NCBI GenBank assembly: GCA_963812015.1
Contig: CAWETI010000003.1
Span: 1,376,001 to 1,440,000 of the forward strand
From: an uncultured delta proteobacterium
Lineage (GTDB): Bacteria; Desulfobacterota; Desulfobaccia; Desulfobaccales; 0-14-0-80-60-11
Length of the DNA stretch: 64,000 nucleotides
Reading direction: 5' to 3'
Shown here piece after piece: positions 56,490 to 64,000 of this stretch; position 1 is the stretch's first letter; every line of letters starts with the position of its first letter. The translations under genes and the position numbers were made by a program. Below the pieces are notes generated by a model. That model saw nothing but the letters and a program-made list of their open reading frames with translations, was not told the DNA's origin and searched no databases.

Positions 56490-58442
56490 TTAATTAAACG
56501 TGCCCCAGACCACCTTCTTGGGCTGGGACGGCTGCTCCAGGACGGCGAGGGCGCTTTTCAGGATGCCGGGGGCATCCAGCCCGTACTGTTTCCGAAGAAT
56601 AGCCTGAGTGCCGTGTTCCACGAAGACGTCGGGAATCCCCAGGCGTTTCACCGAAATCCCGAAGAGGTCATGGTCGGCCAGGAGTTCCAGCACGGCGCTG
56701 CCGAAGCCGCCGGCCAGGACGTTCTCTTCCACCGTCAGGACCCGGCCGTGTTTGGCCGCCAGGCTCAGGATCAGGGATTCATCCAGGGGTTTGACGAAGC
56801 GGGCGTTGACCACGGTGGCGGTGAAGCCCTGCTGTTCCAACTCCTGGGCCGCGGCCAGGGCCGGGTAAACAGAGGCTCCCAGGGCCAGAATGAGCAAGTC
56901 CTTCCCTTCCCGCAGCACCTCGGCCTGGCCGATGGGAACCTTGCGCAGGGTGGAGGAAAAGCCTACGCCCACGCCCCGCCCCCGGGGGTACCGGAGGGCG
57001 ACGGGACCCGGGTGCTCCACCGCAGTGAAGAGCATATCCCGCAATTCATTTTCATCTTTGGGGGCCATCAACACCAAATTGGGCAGGTGGCGCATATATG
57101 ACAGGTCGAAGAGCCCCTGGTGGGTTTCGCCGTCTTCGCCCACGACGCCGGCCCGATCCAGGGCAAAGACCACCGGCAACTCCTGCATGCAGACATCGTG
57201 GAGCACCTGGTCATAGGCCCGCTGCATAAAGGTGGAGTAGATGGTGGCCACCGGCCGCATCCCCCCCACTGCCAATCCCGCGGCGAAGGTTACGGCGTGC
57301 TGTTCACAGATGCCCACGTCAAAGAAGCGGCTCGGGAACTCCTGGTGGAAGTCCACCAATCCGGTGCCGTCGGGCATGGCCGCGGTTATGGCCACAATTT
57401 TGGGGTTCTCCCGGGCCAGGCGCACCAGGGTGTCGCCGAAGACCTGGGTGTAGGTCGGCACCTCACTCACGCTCTTCTTGGGCTCACCGGTATCGGGATC
57501 GAACTTGCCCAGGCCGTGAAATCCGGTGGGGTCGGTCTCGGCGGGGCGGTAGCCCTTGCCCTTGGTGGTGAGCACGTGCACCAGGATCGGCCCCTGCAGG
57601 TTCTTGACGTTGTTGAAGGTCTCGATCAGGTGATCCAGACGGTGGCCGTTCACCGGACCCAGGTAGGTGAATTTGAGGGCCTCGAACAGCATGCCCGGAG
57701 TGATAAAGGCCTTGAAGGATTCTTCGCTGCGCTTGGCCCAGGTCACCAGATCATCGCCGATGGCCGGGAAGGAGCGCAGGAGATTCTCCACCTGCTTTTT
57801 CAGAAAGACCATGGTAGGCCGGGTGAGTTTACGGCTGAAAAAAGAGGACAGGGCGCCCACATTGGGAGCTATGGACATGCCGTTGTCATTCAGGACCACG
57901 ATGAGGTTCTTATTCAGATCCCCCGCGTTGTTCAGACCTTCAAAGGCGATCCCGGCGGTCATGGAGCCGTCGCCGATCACTGCGACTACCCGGTGACGTT
58001 CCCGCTTCAAGCATTGGGCGCTGGCTATCCCTAAGGCCGCGGAGATGGAGGTGGAACTGTGCCCCGTGTCGAAGGCATCGTAGCAGCTCTCGCCCCGCTT
58101 GGGAAAACCGCTGAGGCCGCCGTGCTGCCGCAGGGTATGAAACCGGTCACAGCGTCCGGTGAGCAACTTGTGGGCATACGCCTGGTGCCCAACGTCCCAC
58201 ACGAACTTGTCCCGGGGGCAGTCAAAGACGTAATGCAGGGCGATGGCGAGTTCCACCACTCCCAGGCTGGGGGCCAGGTGCCCGCCGGTTTTGGCCACGG
58301 TGGAGATGATTTTCTCCCGGATCTCCTGGGCCAGGTGCGGCAGGAATTCCGGTGGCAGTTTCTTTAACTCCTGGGGATTATTAATGGTATCCAGCAAACG
58401 ACGGGCCGCAGTCTCCGTCCGGTTGCCCTGGCGGTTGTCCAT
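56490..58442 (-). CDS. dxs: 1-deoxy-D-xylulose-5-phosphate synthase
   Basis: [41 protein letters not shown]. Confidence 0.97.
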   Translation of the reverse strand: MDNRQGNRTETAARRLLDTINNPQELKKLPPEFLPHLAQEIREKIISTVAKTGGHLAPSLGVVELAIALHYVFDCPRDKFVWDVGHQAYAHKLLTGRCDRFHTLRQHGGLSGFPKRGESCYDAFDTGHSSTSISAALGIASAQCLKRERHRVVAVIGDGSMTAGIAFEGLNNAGDLNKNLIVVLNDNGMSIAPNVGALSSFFSRKLTRPTMVFLKKQVENLLRSFPAIGDDLVTWAKRSEESFKAFITPGMLFEALKFTYLGPVNGHRLDHLIETFNNVKNLQGPILVHVLTTKGKGYRPAETDPTGFHGLGKFDPDTGEPKKSVSEVPTYTQVFGDTLVRLARENPKIVAITAAMPDGTGLVDFHQEFPSRFFDVGICEQHAVTFAAGLAVGGMRPVATIYSTFMQRAYDQVLHDVCMQELPVVFALDRAGVVGEDGETHQGLFDLSYMRHLPNLVLMAPKDENELRDMLFTAVEHPGPVALRYPRGRGVGVGFSSTLRKVPIGQAEVLREGKDLLILALGASVYPALAAAQELEQQGFTATVVNARFVKPLDESLILSLAAKHGRVLTVEENVLAGGFGSAVLELLADHDLFGISVKRLGIPDVFVEHGTQAILRKQYGLDAPGILKSALAVLEQPSQPKKVVWGTFN

Positions 58443-58555
58443 GTGCGCCTAACCTCTCACCACTGGGTTATGTAAGGTTACTCTTTACCTGCGATAATTT
58501 CAACTGATTCAGCGTTTTTGCGCGTTAATCGGCTCATCAAAGCGGCCAGACGCAC

Positions 58556-59446
58556 TTATGAGCGCCGGACCAGGAGATAGCGGGCCAGTTCCCGCAAAGG
58601 TTCGGCCCGTTCCTGAAAAGCTGCCAGGGCGGCGATGGCGGTTTCCACCAGGTTTTGGGCCCACTTCCGGGTGGCCTCCAGTCCCAGCACCGCAGGGTAC
58701 GTGGCTTTCTGGCGCTTTGCATCCATGCCCGGGGCCTTGCCCATCTCGGCAGCTTCACCTTCTACATCTAATAGATCGTCGGTAATCTGAAACGTTAGCC
58801 CAAATTTTTCGCCGTAATCGGTGAGGGAGGTCACGTCGGCCCGACTGCCGCCCCCTATCAGGGCCCCGGACCGCACCGCCGCAGTGAGCAAAGCCCCCGT
58901 CTTGTGGCGGTGGATGGTCTCCAGTTCCTTCAAGGAGACCCGGCGACCTTCCGCCAGCAGGTCCAGCATCTGGCCTCCCACCATGCCCTGAAAACCAGCC
59001 GCGGCCGCAACCTCGCGCATCACCTCCAGCAAGACCCCCTCCCGGCCTTCATACCGGGAGGCTGCCGCGGCCATGGTGTGGAAGGCCTCGGTGAGCAGGC
59101 CGTCTCCCGCCAGGATGGCGGTGGCCTCGTCAAACTGCTTGTGGCAGGTGGGCCGGCCCCGGCGCAGATCATCATCGTCCATGGCCGGCAGATCGTCATG
59201 GATCAGGGAGTAGGTGTGGATCATTTCCAGGGCGCAGGCCACGGGCAGGGCTTCCCCCGGGTCGCCCCCCACCGCCTCCGCCGCGGCCAGGCACAAAATG
59301 GGCCGCAGCCTCTTGCCGCCCACGAACAGGCTGTAGTGCATGGCCTCGGTCACCCGGAAGGCCGGCCCCCTCACCTTCGGCAGATACGCTTCCAGGGCCC
59401 GATTGACCAGTCCCCCCCGTTCCTCCAGGTAGGCCTTCAGATCCAC
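58556..59446 (-). CDS. ispA: Farnesyl/geranylgeranyl diphosphate synthase
   Basis: GGKRLRP, LIHDDLPAMDDDDLRRG, FQITDDLLD, KATYP. Confidence 0.94.
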   Translation of the reverse strand: MDLKAYLEERGGLVNRALEAYLPKVRGPAFRVTEAMHYSLFVGGKRLRPILCLAAAEAVGGDPGEALPVACALEMIHTYSLIHDDLPAMDDDDLRRGRPTCHKQFDEATAILAGDGLLTEAFHTMAAAASRYEGREGVLLEVMREVAAAAGFQGMVGGQMLDLLAEGRRVSLKELETIHRHKTGALLTAAVRSGALIGGGSRADVTSLTDYGEKFGLTFQITDDLLDVEGEAAEMGKAPGMDAKRQKATYPAVLGLEATRKWAQNLVETAIAALAAFQERAEPLRELARYLLVRRS

Positions 59447-59501
59447 GTTATTCCTCTGTTTGCGAAAATCAAGCTGCAAGCAACCAAGTGCCGAATATTT
59501 A

Positions 59502-59575
59502 CCCCCCCTTTGAAAAAGGGGGGAAAGGGGGGATTTATAGCAACCCCCTAAATCCCCCTTTAAAAAAGGGGGACT
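59502..59575. repeat. Double-hairpin palindromic repeat
   Basis: CCCCCCCTTTGAAAAAGGGGGG and AATCCCCCTTTAAAAAAGGGGGACTT. Confidence 0.7.
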
Positions 59576-59636
59576 TAAAAGACCTGCCATTCAAGAAATG
59601 GCTCGCTTTATACCATTACCATGATCGATCGCGACA

Positions 59637-59894
59637 CTATGAGGCGCCACTATTTTCGTCTTCAGGGAACGGCCGGGTAAAAAACCGCCCGGCGTCATCC
59701 TTGAGCAGGAGTTCCACCCGCTTTTCCACTTCGTCCAACTTCTTATGACATAACCGCACCAACTGCACCCCTTCTTCGAAGGCGCGCATGGCCTCCTCCA
59801 GGGGCAGGTCGCCGTGCTCCAGAGAATCCAGCACTTCCTCCAGGCGCTTCAGCCCCGCCTCGAAACTCAACTCCTGCTGTTTGCCCTTGGCCAT
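59637..59894 (-). CDS. xseB: Exodeoxyribonuclease VII small subunit
   Basis: SFEAGLKRLEE...LPLEEAM..FEEG..L. Confidence 0.94.
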   Translation of the reverse strand: MAKGKQQELSFEAGLKRLEEVLDSLEHGDLPLEEAMRAFEEGVQLVRLCHKKLDEVEKRVELLLKDDAGRFFTRPFPEDENSGAS

Positions 59895-59958
59895 GGTTTT
59901 TCTCTTTGTGGCGATTGAGAAAGGGAGCCAGGGGCCGACGGCCCCCCTCCCCAAAATT

Positions 59959-61299
59959 TTATTCCCCCGCTACCTCCCTCACTTCGCAATCCAGGCGGCC
60001 CCGGGCCACCCGGACCCGGATGGCCGCGCCGGCGGGCACCAGGGTGGCGTCCCGGATGAGCGTTTCCCGGGGGAGCAGGGTGGCCACGGCGTAACCCCGC
60101 TTCAGGATAGCCAGGGGATTGAGCTGCTCCAGTTGGCTCTGGCCATACTCCAGGTGCCTACGGTGTTCCGTCTGGCGCCGGCGGAAGTTCTGGCCCAACA
60201 TCTGGGCCGCGTGTTCCAGCCGTTGCCGGGCTGATCCCAAAGTCCGCCGGGGACTCAGGAGAAAGAGGCGGGAGGTGGCCAACCGCAAGCCCTGCTCCTG
60301 CTGGGTGACGGTGCGCCGGACCCGGCGTAGCAGCACCTCGCCTTTTTCATCAATTTTAAGGCGCAAATCCACCAGGGCGCGGCGCACATCCGGCAGCCGC
60401 CGGGCCATCAAGCCCAGGTGCTGCTGGGCCATATCCCGGCGTCGGGCCAGCGTTCGGGCCAGGGTGGCGCCCAGGCGGTGCAGTCGGCGATTCAGTTCGG
60501 CCTTATCCGGCGCCACCAGCTCCACTGCGGCGCTGGGGGTGGGAGCCCGCATATCGGCGACAAAATCGGCAATGGTGAAATCCACTTCGTGGCCCACCGC
60601 CGAAACCACCGGGATGGGGCAGCGGTGGATGGCCCGGGCCACCACCTCCTCGTTGAAAGGCCACAAATCTTCCAGGGAACCGCCGCCCCGGGCCAGGACG
60701 ATGACCGAAAGCCCAGGGTAGGCGCCCAGGTCGTCCAGGGCTTGAGAAATTTCGCCGGCAGCCTCAGCCCCCTGGACCTTCACCGGGTAAATCAGCACCT
60801 CGACCTGGGGAAAGCGCTGTCCCAACAGCCGCAGGAAATCCCGCACCGCCGCCCCGGTGGGGGAGGTGATGAGGCCGATCTTTTTGGGCAGGAACGGCAA
60901 CGGTTTTTTCAACTCCGGGGCAAACAGCCCTTCGGCTTGAAGCCGGGTCTTCAGGACTTCGAAGGCCTGGGCCAGGGCCCCCTGCCCCAGGGGCTCCAGA
61001 TAATCCAGGATGAGCTGGTATTCCCCCCGGGGCTCATACACCGTGAGGCGTCCCCGGCACAGGAACTGGCTGCCTTCCTGGGGTTTGCAACGCATATGCT
61101 GGTGCGTGCCCTTGAAGAGCACGGCCCGGAGTTGGGCCCCGGCATCCTTGAGGGTGAAGTAGTAGTGGCCGCTCAGGGGCTGCCGGAGATTGGAAACCTC
61201 AGCGCTCACCCAGACCAGGGAGAAATAGGTCTCCAGCCGGTCCCGGATATCCCGGGTGAGGGCGCTCACCGTATAGATGTGGGGCAATTCCTGGTTCAT
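59959..61299 (-). CDS. xseA: Exodeoxyribonuclease VII large subunit
   Basis: SGHYYFTLKD, ARGGGSLEDLW.FN, AVGHEVD, RAPTPSAA, LKRGYA. Confidence 0.97.
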   Translation of the reverse strand: MNQELPHIYTVSALTRDIRDRLETYFSLVWVSAEVSNLRQPLSGHYYFTLKDAGAQLRAVLFKGTHQHMRCKPQEGSQFLCRGRLTVYEPRGEYQLILDYLEPLGQGALAQAFEVLKTRLQAEGLFAPELKKPLPFLPKKIGLITSPTGAAVRDFLRLLGQRFPQVEVLIYPVKVQGAEAAGEISQALDDLGAYPGLSVIVLARGGGSLEDLWPFNEEVVARAIHRCPIPVVSAVGHEVDFTIADFVADMRAPTPSAAVELVAPDKAELNRRLHRLGATLARTLARRRDMAQQHLGLMARRLPDVRRALVDLRLKIDEKGEVLLRRVRRTVTQQEQGLRLATSRLFLLSPRRTLGSARQRLEHAAQMLGQNFRRRQTEHRRHLEYGQSQLEQLNPLAILKRGYAVATLLPRETLIRDATLVPAGAAIRVRVARGRLDCEVREVAGE

Positions 61300-61425
61300 A
61301 AAAGTTAATTTAATAATAATATCATATTTAGGGGTGCGCCGGAGGAATATTTTGTGACGTCAGGGGCACGGGTTTATGCGAAAAAACCTGGGCGTACTGC
61401 GGAGGGACGGCACGGGGAGGCAATC

Positions 61426-62694
61426 CTAGTTGCCCGGCGTAACCCGCCCGGCGTACAGGGCCAGGCCCAGCCAGGCCCAGTTGTTGGCGTAGTAGTGGTC
61501 CGGGGCCTCGAAGTAAGCCCGGGGGCCGTCTTCACGGTAGAAGGAGAGGATTTTTAGGGCCATCTCCCGGGCGAAGTCCTGGTCGCCGGCGGCCAGGGCC
61601 CCGGCCAGGACCCCGGCGTAGAGCACCGGGCTTTCATAGTCCACCGCCGGGGAGCCGTCAAAGTTATAGACCGCGGCCAGCCGTCCCTGGGCCTGCCACC
61701 GGCCCTTGAAGAACGGCAGGAATTTGTCCTTGAGGAGCGCCACCGCCCGGGGTTCCTTAAACCAGAGGGCGTCCAGGGCCACCCGGAAGGGGACCCGCAC
61801 CGCCTCCCAGCCGAAACGGGTGTCTCGGCCCGGCGCCGGTGCGATGCGGCCGGCGGCGTCCACCCGGCACCAGTCGGGAAACAGGCCCACGCCTTTCAGG
61901 TCTCCCAGTTGCCGGCAGACCTTTTCCAAAAACGGATAGGTGGATTGGTGCAGGTGGCGCCAAGCGCTGGCCGGGGCACAACCTTCACCCCCACCCCGAC
62001 CCTCCCCCCTCAAGGGTGAGGGAGACTGGATGTTCCCTGCGGCTTCCCCCCCCTTACCCCGCATCGCCTTGGGATCAAAGTGGGCGAACAAGCGATACGC
62101 GGCCGGGGAAAAGTACGAGGGGTTGACCAGGTAGGGCGGCTGAAGCTCATGCCAGTTGCCCGGGGTGAGAAGGAGCTCGCCGTCGGGGAGGGCCACCACT
62201 TCCTTGGCCAGGATGGCATCCTGGACCCGGCTGGCTTCCTCCCGGTAGGCCGGTAGACCCGGCGGGGCCCGCCACCCCAAACGGTCCGCCAGGACCAGGG
62301 CCAGGGCGTAATCCAGATTGGCATCCGCGGCGCTGTTGGCATCCAGCACCCCCCAGGCGCCGTCCGGCCGCCGGCCCCAGCGCCAGGCGAGCAGACTATC
62401 CCCAGGCCCGGCGGCCCGGGAGAGATGTTGGTAAGTCCATGCATAGACTTGGTTGAATACGGGTTCATCCCCGGCCCACACGGCCCTCAGCAGGGCGTAG
62501 GCCTGGGCCTCGGAGATGGTGCCGCCGCCCTGCTCCGGGATGATGACCTGGCCGTCGGGCTTGATGAAGTAGCGGCGGTAGCTCTGCCAGGAGGCGGTGA
62601 GCACCCGCGTCAGGCGAGCCGGAGACGGGTCCTGGTGGCAGGCGAGGCTGAGCCCGGCGAGGAGGACGAACAGCAGAAGGTGAATTTTTCTCAT
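61426..62694 (-). CDS. Glycoside hydrolase family 8 lipoprotein (BcsZ/cellulase-like) with an in-frame insertion
   Basis: Lipobox SLAC, TISEAQAYAL, LLAWRWG, NSAADA, NPSYF, FPDW, FGWEAVRV. Confidence 0.85.
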   Translation of the reverse strand: MRKIHLLLFVLLAGLSLACHQDPSPARLTRVLTASWQSYRRYFIKPDGQVIIPEQGGGTISEAQAYALLRAVWAGDEPVFNQVYAWTYQHLSRAAGPGDSLLAWRWGRRPDGAWGVLDANSAADANLDYALALVLADRLGWRAPPGLPAYREEASRVQDAILAKEVVALPDGELLLTPGNWHELQPPYLVNPSYFSPAAYRLFAHFDPKAMRGKGGEAAGNIQSPSPLRGEGRGGGEGCAPASAWRHLHQSTYPFLEKVCRQLGDLKGVGLFPDWCRVDAAGRIAPAPGRDTRFGWEAVRVPFRVALDALWFKEPRAVALLKDKFLPFFKGRWQAQGRLAAVYNFDGSPAVDYESPVLYAGVLAGALAAGDQDFAREMALKILSFYREDGPRAYFEAPDHYYANNWAWLGLALYAGRVTPGN

Positions 62695-63202
62695 GATCAT
62701 CACCGGCCCGGGAAGCGCTTTTGAACCGCAGGCTTCAGGCTGCGCCGGCACAACCGCAAAGATTGTGGCGCCGCGCCCCGTTGCCGCTGCCTGCAGGCCT
62801 TTTTCGAACCTTGTCACTAATCAGGACCGCATGCAAGGATAAATCTGTGATGGTCAACCACAGGAGTAGGTGGTGGACGGCAACGCGGGCCCAGGCGAGG
62901 GACGCACCAAGAATCCTATCTCAATGCCTCTTTCATCTCCGTTAACCTTTGACCGGCTCCCTCCCTCTCAAACGACCCTCTGAGAAGCCCCATGTTGAAC
63001 AGTGAGGGCGGCCCCCTTGTCTATTCTCTTCACCTCAGGGGAAGCACCAAGGGCGAGCGGGGAGAAGATTTTTCCAGGGCAATGTGAGTCAGGGAGACAG
63101 CACCACGAGAGGCAGCAGTAGGAGCGGACCCTTCAAAGCGAGTCCGAGTCTCAAGACCGGGGCTCAAAATCGGCAGGCGGGCACAGAAGATGCACAGGCA
63201 AT

Positions 63203-63236
63203 AAAAAAGAGGTTAACGCCATATCGCTAACCCCTT
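63203..63236 (-). terminator. Terminator after tRNA-Ala
   Basis: Minus strand AGGGGTTAGCG-loop-CGTTAACCTCT then TTTTT. Confidence 0.65.
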
Positions 63237-63244
63237 GAAATCTA

Positions 63245-63320
63245 TGGTGGAGCTGAGGGGACTTGAACCCCTGACCCCTTGAATGCCATTCAAGTGCTCT
63301 TCCAGCTGAGCTACAGCCCC
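63245..63320 (-). tRNA. tRNA-Ala (GGC)
   Basis: GGGGCTG acceptor stem, CTTGA-AT-GGC-AT-TCAAG anticodon arm, GGTTCAAGTCC, CCA end. Confidence 0.95.
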
Positions 63321-63827
63321 ACGTGCAAATAAATAGGTAACAAAACCGTGGCGGCCTGTCAAGTCCCGGAGCCGCAAATTTCTCTAGCCGCAAGCAAGAT
63401 GCTGTGTCCGGCGGGAATTTGCCACCTGAGTCCGCGCCTGTGGGTGCGCCGGCAACCGGGGCGAAGGGGGCTGGCCCGGCTCCAACCTGCGGCCACCGCC
63501 GACCCTTTAGGCCACGTGGCTGCTCAATAAGTGGCCAGGCATCTCGCTGGTGCAAGAATAAGCTGAAATCTGCGGCTACAAATAGGAGTATTGTGATCGC
63601 AACTCGGTAATAAACGGGGCCAACAGGCCGTATCCCACCCTGGCCCGGCAACGCCGGCTTTGATGCGGCAATACCATGTTTAACGGAAATTCTGGTATAA
63701 TGCATCCCAAAACGGACCGGGCCGCCACCGGGGGGCGCGGCAACGTGGCGGGGAGGATGACCGGCCCCGCCTTCCGTGGATAACGCCCCGCCCGGGGACG
63801 GAAAGGACAGGGACCTCAAACATAGCC

Positions 63828-64000
63828 GTGCGGCTCAACCAAAATCGGCCCATCGAAGCTCAGCTGCCGGCCTCAGCGGCACTTCCGGCCAGACGCCTGA
63901 ACGTGCTCCATCTTCTGGCGACCATGTCGGTGGGGGGGGCGGAGGACTTGGTGGCCGCCATTGTCCGGGGCCTTGACCCACAACGGTTCGCGGTGGCGGT
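63828..64000 (+). CDS. Glycosyltransferase family 4-like N-terminus, truncated by window end
   Basis: Frame missing from the ORF track: RLNVLHLLATMSVGGAEDLVAAIVRGLDPQRF; start uncertain. Confidence 0.65.
   Translation, partial: MRLNQNRPIEAQLPASAALPARRLNVLHLLATMSVGGAEDLVAAIVRGLDPQRFAVA

Noticed and set aside
63151..63819. 222-aa minus-strand ORF; also ORFs 1820-2095 and 1870-2070
   Set aside because: They overlap tRNA genes and have no coding signature

Overview
GC-rich, mostly core-chromosome window. Gene order and protein style point to a Desulfobacterota (deltaproteobacterial, Desulfobacca-like) anaerobe; this is inference, not a database result. Housekeeping blocks: tadA with two tRNA-Ser, dnaX-ybaB-recR, rodA, a split ATP synthase operon (b', b, delta, alpha, gamma, beta, epsilon), glmU-glmS, hisI-hisG, class II RNR nrdJ, era, plsY, xseA-xseB-ispA-dxs and tRNA-Ala. 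Accessory content: an RHH/PIN toxin-antitoxin islet, a Zur-type regulator with a ZnuCBA-like transporter near a Cu/Zn SOD, a P-type IIA ATPase, an RND efflux operon, a protoglobin-PsiE-like fusion, an atypical orphan histidine kinase with a coupled membrane protein, LysR/FlK-like thioesterase, MoeA-PBP, rubrerythrin, two low-complexity secreted proteins, a GH8 lipoprotein and several gene remnants. Intergenic DNA is rich in palindromic and short tandem repeat families, two of which have entered coding sequences. No CRISPR array, integrase, transposase or prophage is seen. The best novelty candidate is an unannotated ~115-nt sRNA gene at 24189-24303, with a near-consensus sigma54 promoter, an upstream IHF site, two C-rich anti-Shine-Dalgarno-like hairpin loops and a U-tract terminator. 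Next are the globin/atypical kinase/efflux neighbourhood and a palindromic element read in frame inside the GH8 gene. All family assignments come from motif recognition by eye.
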